DNA of 64,000 nt from Antedon mediterranea (lineage: Eukaryota > Animalia > Echinodermata). The translations under genes and the position numbers were made by a program. Location: assembly GCF_964355755.1 (NCBI RefSeq), contig NC_092680.1, positions 372,001 through 436,000 on the forward strand, in the 5' to 3' direction. Below are positions 24,701 to 39,303 of the stretch, one piece after another. The notes below the pieces were generated by a model, which had not been told where the DNA came from, made no database searches, and saw nothing but the letters and a program-made list of their open reading frames with translations. Within the stretch, counting starts at the first letter, position 1; every line of letters begins with the position of its first letter.

Positions 24701-26239
24701 ATTTCCTGGTATTAACTACTGATTATTCTATTTCAATGATGTTAAATTAATATCATGAAATTATTAATTGAAAACAATCAACATTTCTTGGCACATGTAA
24801 TTAAAAAAACAATGAGTAAATCGTAAAGTTAATGTAAAAGCCGTGCGCGTTTTAAAAATGAGCGCTAAAACGCGCACGTCTTCTTGATGTCACTACTGAC
24901 GAAATATTCAAATTAGATTTAAAATAGCAGTAAAATAAATTAATAGGTTTATTATCATTATCTTTATTATAGATATGCAAATCACTAATTCTCTGTGCAT
25001 TTTATTTGGATTTTGTTGAATCAATTTTCAAATTAGAATGCAGCTGACGACCTTTCAATACAGTTTTTAAAACTAGGTCTAGTCTGTTCAGATTTTTAAT
25101 TTTATTATTTCAGTGTCTTACGAGTATGATAAAATATGTAACAAAATGTGTTATTGTTCCGGGAATAACAAGTGCTCTCGTACATAAAATGCCAACATGA
25201 ATATAATCATTTGTTATTATTGCAAATATTATTGACGTGTATGTTGTTTACGTTTATAATATGCCTACTCAGGTGCTGATTATTTGCTTTAAAAAATATA
25301 ATAATGATAATGATGATAATTGATAATGATAATGATAACGATAACAGTAATAATAGCAATATTAATGATATATACATATTTTGGCGTCCTTAATTGAATT
25401 ACATTTTTACATACATGCATATAACTGTTATATTGCAAACTGTTTCAGCCTTCTGGATATTTGTGGCATTTTTCGTCTTCTTTGGACAATAAATACACCT
25501 GAATTATTTACAATGATAATAATGATAATAATAATAAAAATAATAATAATATTACTTTTAGTATCATTACTTTCTTTAAAACATAGGTGACCAGATCAGG
25601 AGGCGTTGTTGTCTTAGTTGGCCTAGGCCCGAATGAAATGACCACAGTCCCACTGGTAGATGCTGCGGTAAGAGAGGTTGATATTCGAGGTGTGTTCAGA
25701 TATTGTAACGAGTAAGTAAATTAGTTATTGTATTCCTAATAAAAGGATTCTGATGACCAACCTTATAACTCTGTCTACACTAGGCTAGGCTAGGCTAGGC
25801 TAGGACTATCAAAATAGATTGATCCTGTGTCTTTACATTTCTTCCTTTATTGATTTTTTTTAATTGAAAGGTATTTTATCGGGCTCTTTTTTATCGATGG
25901 CTTTTTTAGATTTTGAGTTGGTTGTGTATTCTAAATATTTTTTAGCCTATGAAAATTAAATGAAATATGCTTAACATCACAACCAATTAATTTTGTGGTA
26001 AACCTAGGTGTAAATGAACGTATAATACGTGAATTTATAATAGCCTTGGTGTTAATATTAATAATAATATGTTTACCTTTAGTTATCCTACCGCTTTGTC
26101 AATGGTTGCGTCTGGACAGGTGAATGTTAAGTCGTTGATTACTCATAACTTTGATATTAAGCAGACAGTGGAAGCATTCGAAGCAGCTCGAATGGGCAAT
26201 GGCATTAAAGTCATGATTCATTGTGGACAAGAGAAGTAG
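21718..26239 (+). CDS. SORD: Sorbitol dehydrogenase paralog 2, 8 coding exons
   Basis: Exons 21718-21777 ([20 protein letters not shown]), 22166-22199, 22489-22653, 22907-23066, 23420-23538, 23947-24188, 25587-25711, 26083-26239 (TAG). Zn ligands, GAGPIG and FRY motifs are intact. Confidence 0.94.
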
Positions 26240-26692
26240 GCCTAGCAGTCAGGGTTTTTTAGAGTGTAAATGTATAATTGAAATCTCATTTTGAGCAATA
26301 AAATCGTACGGTCGGAACCCCTATTTTCATACATGAGCAACCTGACTATAGTCGTTGTCATGTCTTACACACATTACACGAACTACACTCAAAGCAAACG
26401 TAGTTGATCAGCTCAAGCTCGTCACATAGTGGACAGTAGAAGTGATCTATTTTAAACTCAAACATTTTAATAATAGTGTAATAATAATGTGTAAACTGTA
26501 AACGAGTATATATGAATAAAGACAAGATATTATATATTATCATCATACATCATTAGACTACTGGAGTTGTCATGGTTTTTTCATTAAGTAAAAAAAAAAC
26601 AATAGCAAAAGAAGTACAATATTTCTCAATTCAGGTAGTGTAGACGTCAGTAGAGCTTGGTTTCCAGCAGGAAAGAGTAAAAATGCACACTC

Positions 26693-26866
26693 TGGTTCCC
26701 ACTAGTGACGCAACGCAAGGACGTAACGCAACGTAAGTGGTTTGACCAATCACAAGCGATGGATTATTCGAACAGTGTCATTGGTCAACTCAGTTGCGTT
26801 GCGCGTACGTCCTTGCGTTACGCGTACGTCATTGCGTTGCGTCTCTAGTGCAGTGGGAAACATGCT
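26693..26866. mobile_element. Palindromic MITE family B copy
   Basis: Colinear with 20051-20225. Confidence 0.8.
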
Positions 26867-28252
26867 TAACTCATCACTTAATAACATGATATGATAATTA
26901 CCAATGTAGGCTACCAGTCGCATTGGTTTATTGTCCAGTTGACATATTCTTAGGCTTCAAATGTCAAACGCCGGTTGTCCTAAGACCGACCGCTGCTTTT
27001 AGAACATTCTCACCTGTCTCTCGCTAAGAAATTCAGAAAGTAAACCTACATGAAAATCTGTATTCACCTTTTGTTAGCTGAAATACAGATGATTATAATA
27101 ACCACCATATACGCCTGTTTGGTGTGAAAGGTTACAACACGTACAGTACGAGAAACATATCTAAACAATTAACACCTCTCCACTTTCCAATATGTTTCGT
27201 AAGACCTACCAGGTTCAAACTCTATTTTGTTCGTTACATTTTTTTAGATTAGTTGTTATGGTTTCAATAATGGGAAAAAGTGAGATGAAAGCTGCAAAGA
27301 AGGTGTGGTTGCGTCCTACAGTTTAGGCGGCAATATCTTAAAACAAAGGGGGATTCTTTTAAGAAGTCCAATACCACACCATAATTTTCACCTTCCACTT
27401 TTTTATGTAAACATTGTTACTAAGATCTTTAATTAGATTGATTATCAAGCCAAACTCCATTATTTCCTATATCGAATTTTAATGTTAAACTTTTGAATGA
27501 GATTCATTCGAGTTCTATCATTAAAATGTACGTTATAAAAATTCAACACAAGTAAGCCGCCGTGTGCATGTTGATGTAGCAACTGGCTGTGTTTGCGTCG
27601 ATCCTACACACGCTTTTCTTGTCGATGACTATTTCCGTAAAGTAGAGTTACATTAAGAATTACCGTCACATATCGTATCGTGTCTTTTGTCTCATACTTT
27701 GTCGCAAATAAATCGCATATAAAATGGCATTTAGATTGTTTTAACGATATTCAAACAATCTATAATCCAGGCATTTAAACATATTTTCAACAGTCATGAA
27801 TTTCTTAATATATTATGATTGATTGATACCATAATTTAATACCAGAGTATAATGCATAAAATGCCGAAAAAACATCTACCTGCTCATCGTCACCAGGCAT
27901 GCTAAAATTAAAAAGCACATTAAAATTATAAATAATGGTGTTAGCTGTATGTGAATAATATTATTGGATAGCTACAACTGTAATCGCAAGAAGAACGTAC
28001 AGTTGAATAGGTGGCTGCTATATCTACGTAATATAATACTGACTGCCGATAATTACCCGTCATACCATTGCGGCTGTTTAGCAGAGCTCAACAACCAATG
28101 CCAACGATTATCATAGATGCTCGCATAACCCAAGGGGAGTCCGACGCATCTAACTCATAACGCAAATTTAGCCGCATCGATTCTGTATTTTTACACAAGA
28201 CTCTTCAAGCTGAATATTGGATATAAACAAATTGATAACGGACGATTTTAAC

Positions 28253-31200
28253 ATGGGGAAGATTAAAAACTTTTGCATATGTTTTGATGATGAAAAAGAA
28301 GTGTACTATGCTGGGGATACAGTTGCTGGTCACGTGTTACTCGATCTTTCGGAACCTAAATCTCTTATGGGTAAGTAATGATTGTGACAAAATAAAATAT
28401 AGATATTCTGGCACATAGGAAACATGTAATTAGGATATATGGTACTCAATTCCATTCTTCTTCGATAAATAGACTTATAGGCCTACTGACCTTATTTTAT
28501 TCTTAAAGTATTAAATTGTTAGGTTAGTCCTGACACCACGAATTATGTGAATCACGAAATGATATGGCTCATAAATTTGACGCGTACGCACGCGTTTATT
28601 TTACACACTTTCATAAATATATCTCATTGATTGAGAGGTACAGTAATTGGATTCATGCAATATCATAATGATTCATTTAATATTAATGACCATAAAAAGA
28701 TAGGTTACATCATCTGTGCCAAATTAATTGATAGTAATTCGGATGTTTATACTGAGCCATATTTAGTGTGGAACTATGATATAAACATTCACAACAAGCA
28801 TAACATACAAACATTGACTATCGAACACCATCACTAAATATGAACAATACTGATAGCATCGGAAGAAATACCTGTAAAATACAAACATTGACTATCGAAC
28901 ACCATCACTAAATATGAACAATACTGATAGCATCGGAAGAAATACCTGTAAAATTGCACACTTTTACAACATCCTTCGACAACGTAATTCCTGGCGTTAA
29001 CAAATTAATTGTCGATTGAATACGTTTTGTATCGAACCATTACCGTAATTTACCTTTATCATTAGACGTCATAAATCACCGTTTGTCATTTAATTGCCAG
29101 TAATTCATTGAAATGTATTTAAATCGAATTCAACAAACCACAATGTGGCTAGCTTTACCGGTCAATGAATTGGAATACACATTAGCATTCTTGATATTCA
29201 GCCGATACTCGGTATCTATTTCCGAAGTATATACATCAACGTGGTAAAACATTGTTCAAATGCTATGTAATATTCTTCAATTTTCATTTCAATGTGTAAT
29301 TTTTATTTAAATTTTCTTCGTTATTAAACAGAATTATTGTACAGGGATTTTTTTTTTTAATAGCCGTCATCAAAAACGTCATCATTATTGTCGATACTGT
29401 GGTATAGGTTCGTGGTTAAAGCGTTTGTTACATAATTTTATAATATGTTGATTAACCTATATTATTTATCACTCTATGATCATAATTATATACCGTTAGT
29501 ACGGTATACTAGCACACGGGTGGCATTACGAATGGATGACACTATATTTAGAATAATGCACCGTTATTTAACATTTTGCGCCCAAATGGTGTTTCATTAG
29601 TTTTCTTGATACAAGAGAATCAGTGGACAATATATACAATATTTTATAAACGCATACACTATTCATGATCGTGAATATAGAGTATCGGATGCTATATTAC
29701 TGCTAAAAATATTAATAATATGCAATCAGGCTGTATATTATGAATAATGATGTTTTGATTTGAAGTAATAGCGGTAGCATGCAAGGTATAACGCAATTTG
29801 TGTGCTTCAATGCGCATATATAAAAATACTGATGATATTCACCTACACTATAATATAATTAGAATTGTAAAGCGCTTTTACCGTATGTTATGATATTAAC
29901 ACTCTTATATGTGTAATCCATATGTACAAATATGTATAGTTACAACGGTCATGAGTGCCATAGGTGGTCTATTATCCATGATTTGTACACGCGCGTCGTA
30001 TAGCGAGGAATTGAAATTATTACGCATAGGCCAGCTACGCATTCCAGTTTGTTTTCTATTTCTTTCTATGTTTGTTTACTTCGGCCTCCCATACATATTA
30101 CAATTGTAATTGCCATTTTTTCTTAAACAAACTATTCATTTTAGTGTTTGACTTTATGTTTGTACATCCGGGTAGAAAAACAAAAAATACATTGCCATTT
30201 CTGGTAGACACTTTTTTGCTAATGAAGTGAATTTATTTCGTCTACAAAAAAAATTAAAAAGCTAATTCAAAATTTTTGAGACAGCAAATAAGTTTGCTTA
30301 TATTATAATGAATATCGTGAATACGATTTTATTTATCAAACAGCGGTAGATATTTAAATCCAAGGCTATAGGCCACGTTCTATTTCCGTATTTAACAATA
30401 ATCTAGAAAATGAGAGTAGTGAAATTCGCCGTGACTTTCATAGTTGTGAGCTATTGAATATGTTGTTCATCATTTTGTAATTTTCTGTAGCCACGTCAGA
30501 CCATAGCCATGTCAAATCCAACCGTAACCTGGTCATTATGCAGTATCATGATACGTAACACCATAGGGGTATATTGCGTGTATCATGTTCTGCACAAACA
30601 TTTCGATACCACCTCCAAAGCAATGTAACATATTGAATTACATCTAGGCCTACATTGATAAACCTGTTTGTAACTTTGTTTTGTGGCTGTGAAACAAATT
30701 GTATGAATTTTTTTTTTATTCCAGTAGGCCCTCTTTTCGAATTATGAATAAATAAATCAGATTTGGCGTACGATACCGTGGCCTACTGTCACAATATTTT
30801 GTATAAATAATACAGTATAAGAGAGTGCTGTGTTTTTTGTCACGCATTACAAACGAGAAATGTTACGTAACAGCGTCAACTTTGGTCGTCTTTGACGTAT
30901 TAAATTAGCAACTCACTTTGAATATTAGACTATAAACGTTTCCTCAAAATATGATATTATATATGCATAGGTCGACCATGGAGGTTTCTATTTTATACCT
31001 CCATGGGTCGACCCTCCAGTAAAGCACAATGAGCCACTAAGTGACTGATAGTTCGTAATATATTTATGATGTTCATACAATAATTCAGATTCATTTATAA
31101 TCAATTATATGTATTTAGGCCTAGTATTAGAGATATTCATTTAATTATATAATACTAATTATTTCATAAGAACTATTTGACATTGACGTCTCGATCGCAC

Positions 31201-34200
31201 CGTGTCACGTGTCTAATGGTTGTATGGCGCGTGTCAGTATGCTGCCTTATTTCATGTAAATAAACAAATGGCGATTAACAGCAGTCAGTTTCGATAAAAT
31301 AAATAAGGCAGTGACTCAAATTAGTTTTAATGAATGTTGTTGAGAGAAAAGTATCTAATGATCTTGGAACTATGTAAAAGCACAAACATTTATTATTATA
31401 AAAGTGAAAAAGGCCGTATTAGTTTTTATGAAATAAAAATCGAATTAAATTGAATTAGGCCCATGGAGTTTAAAATCCGACAACAATTCCTTTGTTTCTG
31501 TCTCCTATAAACTGTACATAGCTTCAGCTATTTTAAAAATCAAATAATCTTGAGGTCGAAGTTTTGTAACATTGATAATTAAAAGTTTGAATATACTGTA
31601 TATAGAACTAGCAACACGCATGCGCTGTGTCTCCTTTCATGCCACTAAACATTCATGGAAATTATGCAGGTTTCAAATCAGAATAATGTGGATTTTGAAC
31701 GCGTTTAAGGCCACTTATAGTTTATAAAGATAATGCCATAGGCCTAATTACAGTTTAAAAAGATAATTTGAAACCAGGTGCCAGATACTCGAACGAATTA
31801 GCCTAGAATTGAGGTTATGAATTTAACTCACATTAATTTGATTTTTAACGACACAACTCATAAATTAATTACTTCTATCACTTTTGATATAATTCAACAC
31901 AGAAAGACTTTCAGAATGTAAATGTAGTCTAACTAATTCCTCCAGGTTAAAACCTAGTTCTTGGTAGATGGAAATTCGTCTTACTGTATTTAGAGTTACA
32001 TTAATTAAATGAAATATTATCTGTAAAGCAATTTGGCTTAATTCCATAGAGCGTAAACTCAAGTCCAGTTCGTCATAGCCCTGTGGGACTTCATAAAAGC
32101 TAGGTCTTTTCACACTTGGAGTTCAACTTCATTTTGATTATGTTAATTAATTACAATAATTACGTGACGTATCATGCTAAGTGTATCGTTGTTTTTATTT
32201 AATCCTAATATTTTACCAGATACTACTACCAGGGAGTTGTAAAATACAACTCCCTGCTACTTACTACTGTACCGTAACTAATCTATACTCCACCGGATTT
32301 GTCTGGTTGTGTACAAACAGGAAACGTAGGCCTACATTATTATCATAAATGTTGTAAATACTAAGAGATCCAACGAATAATTTCAGATTAAATAAAATAA
32401 AAATACAGAAACAAAAACACATTAAGAATTAATTTGAATCTCGGTATTAGTTATTTTGAAATGTAGGTAAGGTCTAGGTTAGGTATCGGATAAAACAAGT
32501 AGGTAGCCAGCATATTGTAGGCCTACTTGCTAGATTGAATTTAGGCCTAAATATAGACGTTTTTATCCAACGAATGTGTTACAGTGTAACAAAAAAAAAG
32601 TGGAAAAGATGGTGGCCAAAATTGATAAATATCCATATATTCTTCTTCCTCTGGTACCAAAATTCTCAGAACATACACGTTTGCTCATTTAATTTCAGTT
32701 TAGCTGTATCATCCCCTGTCGGATGTAGCCCTCCTCCTGCTTCTGCCAATCCTATCTGTTCTGTGCAATCCTCGCCTCCTATCCTTGCTCATCGATAAAT
32801 ATTGACCGATCGTATAGATTCAAGATTCATGTTAATTAAGTCTTAAAAATAGGCCTACATGTTGGCTCCTATAACATACTTATTTCGTTCACTCTGGGAA
32901 TCATTAAAGGGTCAAGTATGATGTGGGGATAAGTGTAACGAGACGATTTGAGTTGCTACATCTGACAAAACACATGGACGGAGATACACAGTATGGTACT
33001 CATGCATCAGCATACTCCATCAGGATAGTGTGAAAATTAGCAAGTGCCACAAAGATAGTAACTGCTGGCAACCAATGTCGTGCATAGTCTGACCAACAAA
33101 AGGTAGAGCAGTTACGGGAGCAGTACGGGTTTTTTTTCTGCGGCACAAGTACCAGTAGGCTATCTGGGCCCCCTATTTAACAATCCTCGATCCGCCCCTA
33201 TAATGTACGATCGAGTTTATATCGTCATTTATTTTACGGTTTAAAAAGATATTTTGATCGCAAATGTAAAATTGGCAGATAAAAATCCTATTATTGTAGT
33301 ATAGCATTTCACACAATTTACAGCATCCATTTTGAAAAGAAGCCCCCTCTTTAGTTTGCAAAAGTAATCTTGAAATAAGCCCACCCAAGAGTAGGCCTAC
33401 TAAAAGAAAAGAAACCCATGGGTTTCGTTTAAAGGGTTTACGGATGTTATCCTACACGTTACTCTTTAACATTGGAATTACCATGTCAACTTTCATGTAT
33501 TGTTAACTTGTTGTCTTTTCAAAATTTGTTCTTCGACATCTTGAGGACTCTGTTGAACCCACAAATGTGAAAACGCCCACAAATGTGAAAACAACCACAA
33601 ATGTGAAAACGTATCACCCACAAATGTGAAAACAACCACAAATGTGAAAACGCATCACCCACAAATGTGAAAACAACCACAATTGTAAAAACGCATCACC
33701 CACAAATGTGAAAACAGCGCCCACAAATGTGAAAAAAGAGAGATCTTGTCGCCCACAAATGTAAAAAAGAATCCAAATCAAATTTAGTGCTAGACCCAAA
33801 CAATTTTGATCGAGTTAATGTTAATGTATATACATTGTATTGAGTTGTTTCAATAATTGTGTGTTCACGATACGTCTGTTAGGGTCGTCGTTAACGCGTT
33901 GGATTATTACAATTTACTGCTCGTGCGCGCGATATTTGCATGTTAACTCGTTGGTGGTTTAATGTACGTATAGTTCAAGACGATATTTGCTGCGCGCATG
34001 CACGATACTTCCTTTCAGATCAAGGCCATGTTATATCATTGTTGCTTGTAGTTGTGTAGTTGTTAACTGGTTGACTTACTATTATGTACGTATAGTTCCA
34101 AGTTACCAACATGGTAATATTCCAACGCGTTAATGACGACCCTAACAGACGTATCGTGAACACACAATTATTGAAACAACTCAATACACATGATATAATG

Positions 34201-37200
34201 TATTACCTTGATCAAACTTGTTTGAGTCTAGCACAAAATTTGATTTGATTTTTTTTTTACATTTGTGGGCGATGGTCGTTTTCACATTTGTGGGTGCTGT
34301 TTTATTACATTTGTGGGTGATGCGTTTTCACATTTGTGGTTGTTTTCACATTTGTGGGCGTTTTCACATTTGTGGGTTCAACAGACCCCGTTGGAAATAA
34401 GTCCCACATCGGAACTTTTTTTTTTTGTCTTTTAAATTGTATAAATTTATATATCTTGTTTCATAAATGTTTTTAATGAGATGCAAATAGGTCAAATCAA
34501 ATCAGAAGAATACCGTAATACTGGAATACACCAGTGTATACTTTCTATAAACATTTTGCTCATCAATACAAAGATGGCTAATTTATCCAGTGTATGAGGG
34601 GCTCAACTTCAGCTAAAGGTAGCTTAACGATAACACAAATAAACAGATTACACTTTGATCATTCAATCGTGTTTGATTGAAGAAAGACAGGTGCAAGTGC
34701 GCGTGCGCCCGGTATGTAGATACTTTGCATATCAGCAATCGACTCCACGGAGAATAGTTGACACATGCGGCGCTCCATGGCGAAGCAAGACATAATACAC
34801 AATTTAACCAGGCTTATACTATAACATAATTGACGGGCTATTCGGTACATATTTAGAATGACAGGTCAACACATTACTTATAGATATTCATCTTCATCCA
34901 AACACATTACAGGTAGGGTCAGATGTGATGTGCAGCATCCTCCGAATTGTATGTCTATCCTCTAATATATCATCACATTTTCGATCAACTCATATATGTG
35001 CAATTTAATGTTATTAATAAGTTTAATACAGTGTAATATGTTACTATAATATTATTAATTAATTTATACATATTTCGTTTTTACACCGACGTAGGCCTAC
35101 ACTCCTAAATCCCCAATTTAATGTTACAGAATCAATGCAATCATGACATACTACTGCAATTCATTTCGCTTAACATTGCTAGCTACTTGTCACGTAGCTT
35201 GTAAATTGCATAAAAACAGTTGAAACGACGGAAATGTTGTACGTGCATTCAAGCGTCTGAAAACCTACATTATGCTGGCTATGTTCACATACTATATACA
35301 GTAATAATATTCAAACTGAATTGCTAATTTCTGTAGAAAGATCAGCACGGCGTTTACGAAGAATACAAAATTGCATAAATTGGTTTAACGGGGTAAATGG
35401 CATAACGCTATTAGAATTCATTGCTGTTTCGCTCTATGAATTGCATTATACTGCATTTCTAACGATGCAATTCTACTCGTGTCCGGGATTTAGTCATTTT
35501 AAAATAAAATACATAAATATTATCGGAGATATTCTACGATTCGAGATAAGAGATCTTCGGTATAGCCTGGTCAAAATAATAGTATAATTAATCGCAAATT
35601 TAAGCCTACATAAAGGTAAAATTAGTAATTTAAATGAAATGGTACCTATCTCTTGTAAAACTCATGAGGTAGATTTTTCTATGCACACATGACGTCACAG
35701 CAATTTACGGCGACGGCTCTACGCGGCGAGCGCGCGCGGCGAAATCGTAAATCTCGCGATTGTATTTAAATATTGAAATAATATTATCTACATACCTAAT
35801 ACGTTGTCAAAATATGCTTCTCGGTAAAGTTGTCCTTTAAAGTAAAGTAGGTCCAACTGCGAGTAGCTTTAAAACTGGCAATTACGGGAAATACTACGTA
35901 TACTCTTGATGTTATGTTAGTTCCTCACTATGATCGCAATTAGTTAGTGCAAAACATTATTTTATGAATGATTTAGTTATGAAAACATTTCAAAGTTATT
36001 TTACATAATACATCTAATAAAGTTGTCATTGAATGTGATGCGATAAATAACATAAATCTCTTTTATTGTTTATATTATTTTTATATGAAAAATTGGTGAA
36101 GAATTTACAACAAAGTTTAAAAATTAATAATAATAATACAACAATACGATGATTGTATACAAAGCTGGTGGTTTGATGGTCGTATGTTTTTTGTTAGTTT
36201 AATTGTTTTAATGTACCGGCACATTCTTTAAAATGTATCCGAGTACATATATCCGAGTATAGGAATAAACATCTTCCTGATGTAATACACACACATAAAT
36301 AATGATCATCTCTTTATATTCAAGCTATCCGAATGACATTTATCGGTAGGTCATCCGTGTCCTGGAAAGAGATAGAACCAAGAGGAAAGTCAAAAGAACT
36401 CATCTACTACGCATCAGGCGAAGAGTACTTCAATGAAATACTCACCATATTTGGAAACGGTAAGTTCTTTTTAATAAACATGATGGATACAGATCTTTAT
36501 TAAGTTGGTTTTTTAATACATAGTAGGGATCTTGGCCTATAACAATGAAATTAAGGTATGTTGAAACTAAAAAGAGTATTTTCTTTTACTGTATAATTAT
36601 TTTGTATTCCTCTTTAATTTTTTTTTGCATCCAATTGCTTATTGGTTTGGAATTGCTAGCTTAGTTAATGTTCAATGACATAGATAATTTACCAAGCCCG
36701 AGTGAAGAAAACTATGGACTTTCTCCCGGGCTCTCTCCACTCACTCCACTCCACAAATGGATTCAGTACTTTACATTACACTACGCATTACATAGGTCCC
36801 AAACTGGCATTAAACACTTTACAGAAAATGTGTTTATATACGCAACGTGATTTGACCAATCACAAACGATAGATTATTCAAATAGTCAAGTGTGATTGGT
36901 GGTCAACTCGCTTGCGTTGCGTTTACGTCCTTGCGTTGTGTCTCTGAGTGGGAACCAAGCTTTAGAGTAATGATGGAAAGTTATTGGCTAACTGTGTTTC
37001 TATTGTTAAGTTATCCTTCTTTATCTTACACAGAAATCGGAAAAAATTGCCAAGTTGAGAATAAAGAAGAAGTGCCATATCTCAATGCGGGAAGTCACAT
37101 GTTCACCTTTAAATTTAAGTTACCAACTAAACCGCTAGCGTGCTCTTTTGAAGGCGATCTAGGTAATGTTAGGTACATAGTTCGCGCCATTATTTGCCGC

Positions 37201-39303
37201 CCTTGGAAGTTTGATCACGTGACAAAACGGGCGTTCACTGTAGCTGGACCACCATTTTTTCTTGGCAGAGTTCCAAAAGCGTTAGTAAGTATTTCAAACA
37301 ATAAACAATGAAACATAAAAATGATATAATAATATCATTTAATAATAAATTCAACATGCTTGTTTTTTTCTGAATGACAGCAGTACCACTTGTTTACTCT
37401 TTCAATAATTTTATCGAATAATGGGTTAAAGTAAACCAGACCCGATTGTAATCTTGGTTCTTTTTTAAATACCAAATATTAAAGGCAATTTGCAAATAGA
37501 ATAACTAGACAATACATGTCCTTTATGACGTCACCATTAAATGAAATGATGTTAGCTAATTTAGTTATTTTTGTACAATAGACCCCATTAAGAGCTGAGG
37601 ATGAGAAAACAGTTTGTTGTTTATGTTGTGCAACTGGACCAGTATCGATCAGTGCTGCTACGGACAAACGAGCTTATCTGCCGGGAGAGTTCATCTACGT
37701 ATCGGCTGCATTAGAGAACAAAAGCAACAGGAGTATTGTAAGCCTTGAAGCAGAACTTATTCAGGTTAGAATTTGAGTTATTTTCACCATTTTCGTACAA
37801 ACAGATATTTATACATTAGAAATGAAAAAAGGGATAGAAAGAAGACAATGTGTGAAAGAAGGTCAAAATAAGTAAAAATTACTTTAAGCATTGACCACCT
37901 AACAGTCGACATGACAAGAAAACTAATAACTATATTACATTGACAAAAACAAATATTAAAAAAAAATAATAATAACATTGTGAATATGAATGCGATCATA
38001 TTATTATGCCATAATAGTTCACATCTATAATACAAGATTATTATTAACTGATATAGTTATCCTTATACGGTAGAGATAATGGTTTTTTTTTCTATATCAG
38101 TCAGTGAATTACCTAGCCCGTAGACAAGGTGTTGGAACGCCACACAAGAGGACAACATCACATGTTGTGTCAAGTATCAAAGACAACGGCTGTGAGGCAC
38201 ATAGTTCATCAATGTGGGATCGTGCAAAACTGCCAATACCTCCGCTTCCACCATGCTCGCTCGAGGGTGCAACATTTATCGATATTCGATACTTTCTAAA
38301 GGTATAACATATAACAACGGAGACCCCTGCCTGAAGTAAGAGGAGACACGCCCCTTCTCCCACCCCCCTCACCTGAACTAAGAAACTAATTTCTTCAACT
38401 TCTTCAATAAAAATAGAAATCAATCAATCAATATTCTCCTTGATATCTTGAACAATAAATCTACAAGATGTAGTGTTTTTGTAAATAATTAATATTATTA
38501 GCTTTCTGATACTTTACTGTTACTGATGATACTTTGTTTCATCTATTTAGTTTACCGTAGATGTGAATAACACGCCATTTGACATCGATCTAGTCCTTGA
38601 GTTATACATTGGCAATGTACCCATCGATGAGCCACAGAAAGCAGGGCCGTCCACCTCATATCATGGTAAAAGTCTAGTATTATCATTGCTTGTGTTGAGG
38701 TATAACTCCTCCACTTCTCCCGAGCTCTCGGACTTTGACCAAAAGTTGGAACCAAAACAAAATTATTTACCTGAAAAACTGTAATTTAAAGAATAGTCCT
38801 TGAAAACATTTTTTTTTTCTACGGAAGTGATTAACTTTATTAAAACTGCGTAATGGTCTATTCAAAGTCTTTTTTTTATTAATCTTCATGTTTTTAGGGG
38901 ACAATACCGTACATCTTTAAAGTAAAAGAACCATTGTGTCATTTGACAAGTTTACTTGTATGAAGTAGATTAATCTGGGACGGAGAAAATGATAATAGAA
39001 TATTCATTGTGTTATTGATAAAAAAAAACGCATGTCTAGTGGCTTTATAACGAGTCATTAAATGTCAACACATAAAGAAAATACAATATTTGATTTTGAT
39101 GCTTTTCAAAAATATCTAAATTTGTTATTTTAGTACATGATTCATCAATGTTCCTGACGGCTAGACAAGAGAGCAAGGAGATCAGAGACGAGGAGGACAA
39201 TGAATACACGTTTGGAACTCTTGAGTTCACTCCTAAATATATTTACTTTGGAAAAGTAAAATGTCAGTCAGATGGTGTGGAAATACAGCTTTTAGATAAA
39301 TGA
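28253..39303 (+). CDS. Arrestin domain-containing protein (alpha-arrestin, ARRDC/TXNIP family)
   Basis: Exons 28253-28370 (MGKIKNF...VYYAGDTVAGHV), 36325-36459, 37034-37284 (AGSHMFTFKFKLP...SFEG...VRY...RPWKFD), 37582-37764 (VCCLCCATGP), 38101-38301 (LPIPPLPP...IDIRYFLK), 38551-38665, 39134-39303 (TGA). Intron 1 is ~8 kb. Confidence 0.9.
28808..28953. repeat. ~73-bp perfect tandem duplication in ARRDC intron 1
   Basis: acaaacattgactatcgaacacc...aaatacctgtaaaat occurs twice. Confidence 0.9.
33551..34383. mobile_element. Foldback element with TGT...ACA ends and long modular TIRs (Ginger-like, non-autonomous)
   Basis: tgttgaacccacaaatgtg... / ...cacatttgtgggttcaaca. The arms (about 350 and 265 bp) contain ccacaaatgtgaaaac arrays plus unique inverted sequence. 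Flanks gactc/gaccc form an imperfect 5-bp TSD. Confidence 0.8.
36840..36961. mobile_element. Partial palindromic MITE family B copy
   Basis: Right two-thirds of the family B consensus, ending agtgggaaccaagct|tta. Confidence 0.75.

Noticed and set aside
27400-28252. ChoRE (TXNIP/ARRDC4-like glucose response element) upstream of ARRDC
   Set aside because: I could not find two E-box-like half-sites at 5-bp spacing by eye.
31865-32113. Nested minus-strand gene in ARRDC intron 1
   Set aside because: Short, non-ATG start, no recognisable domain or partner exons.
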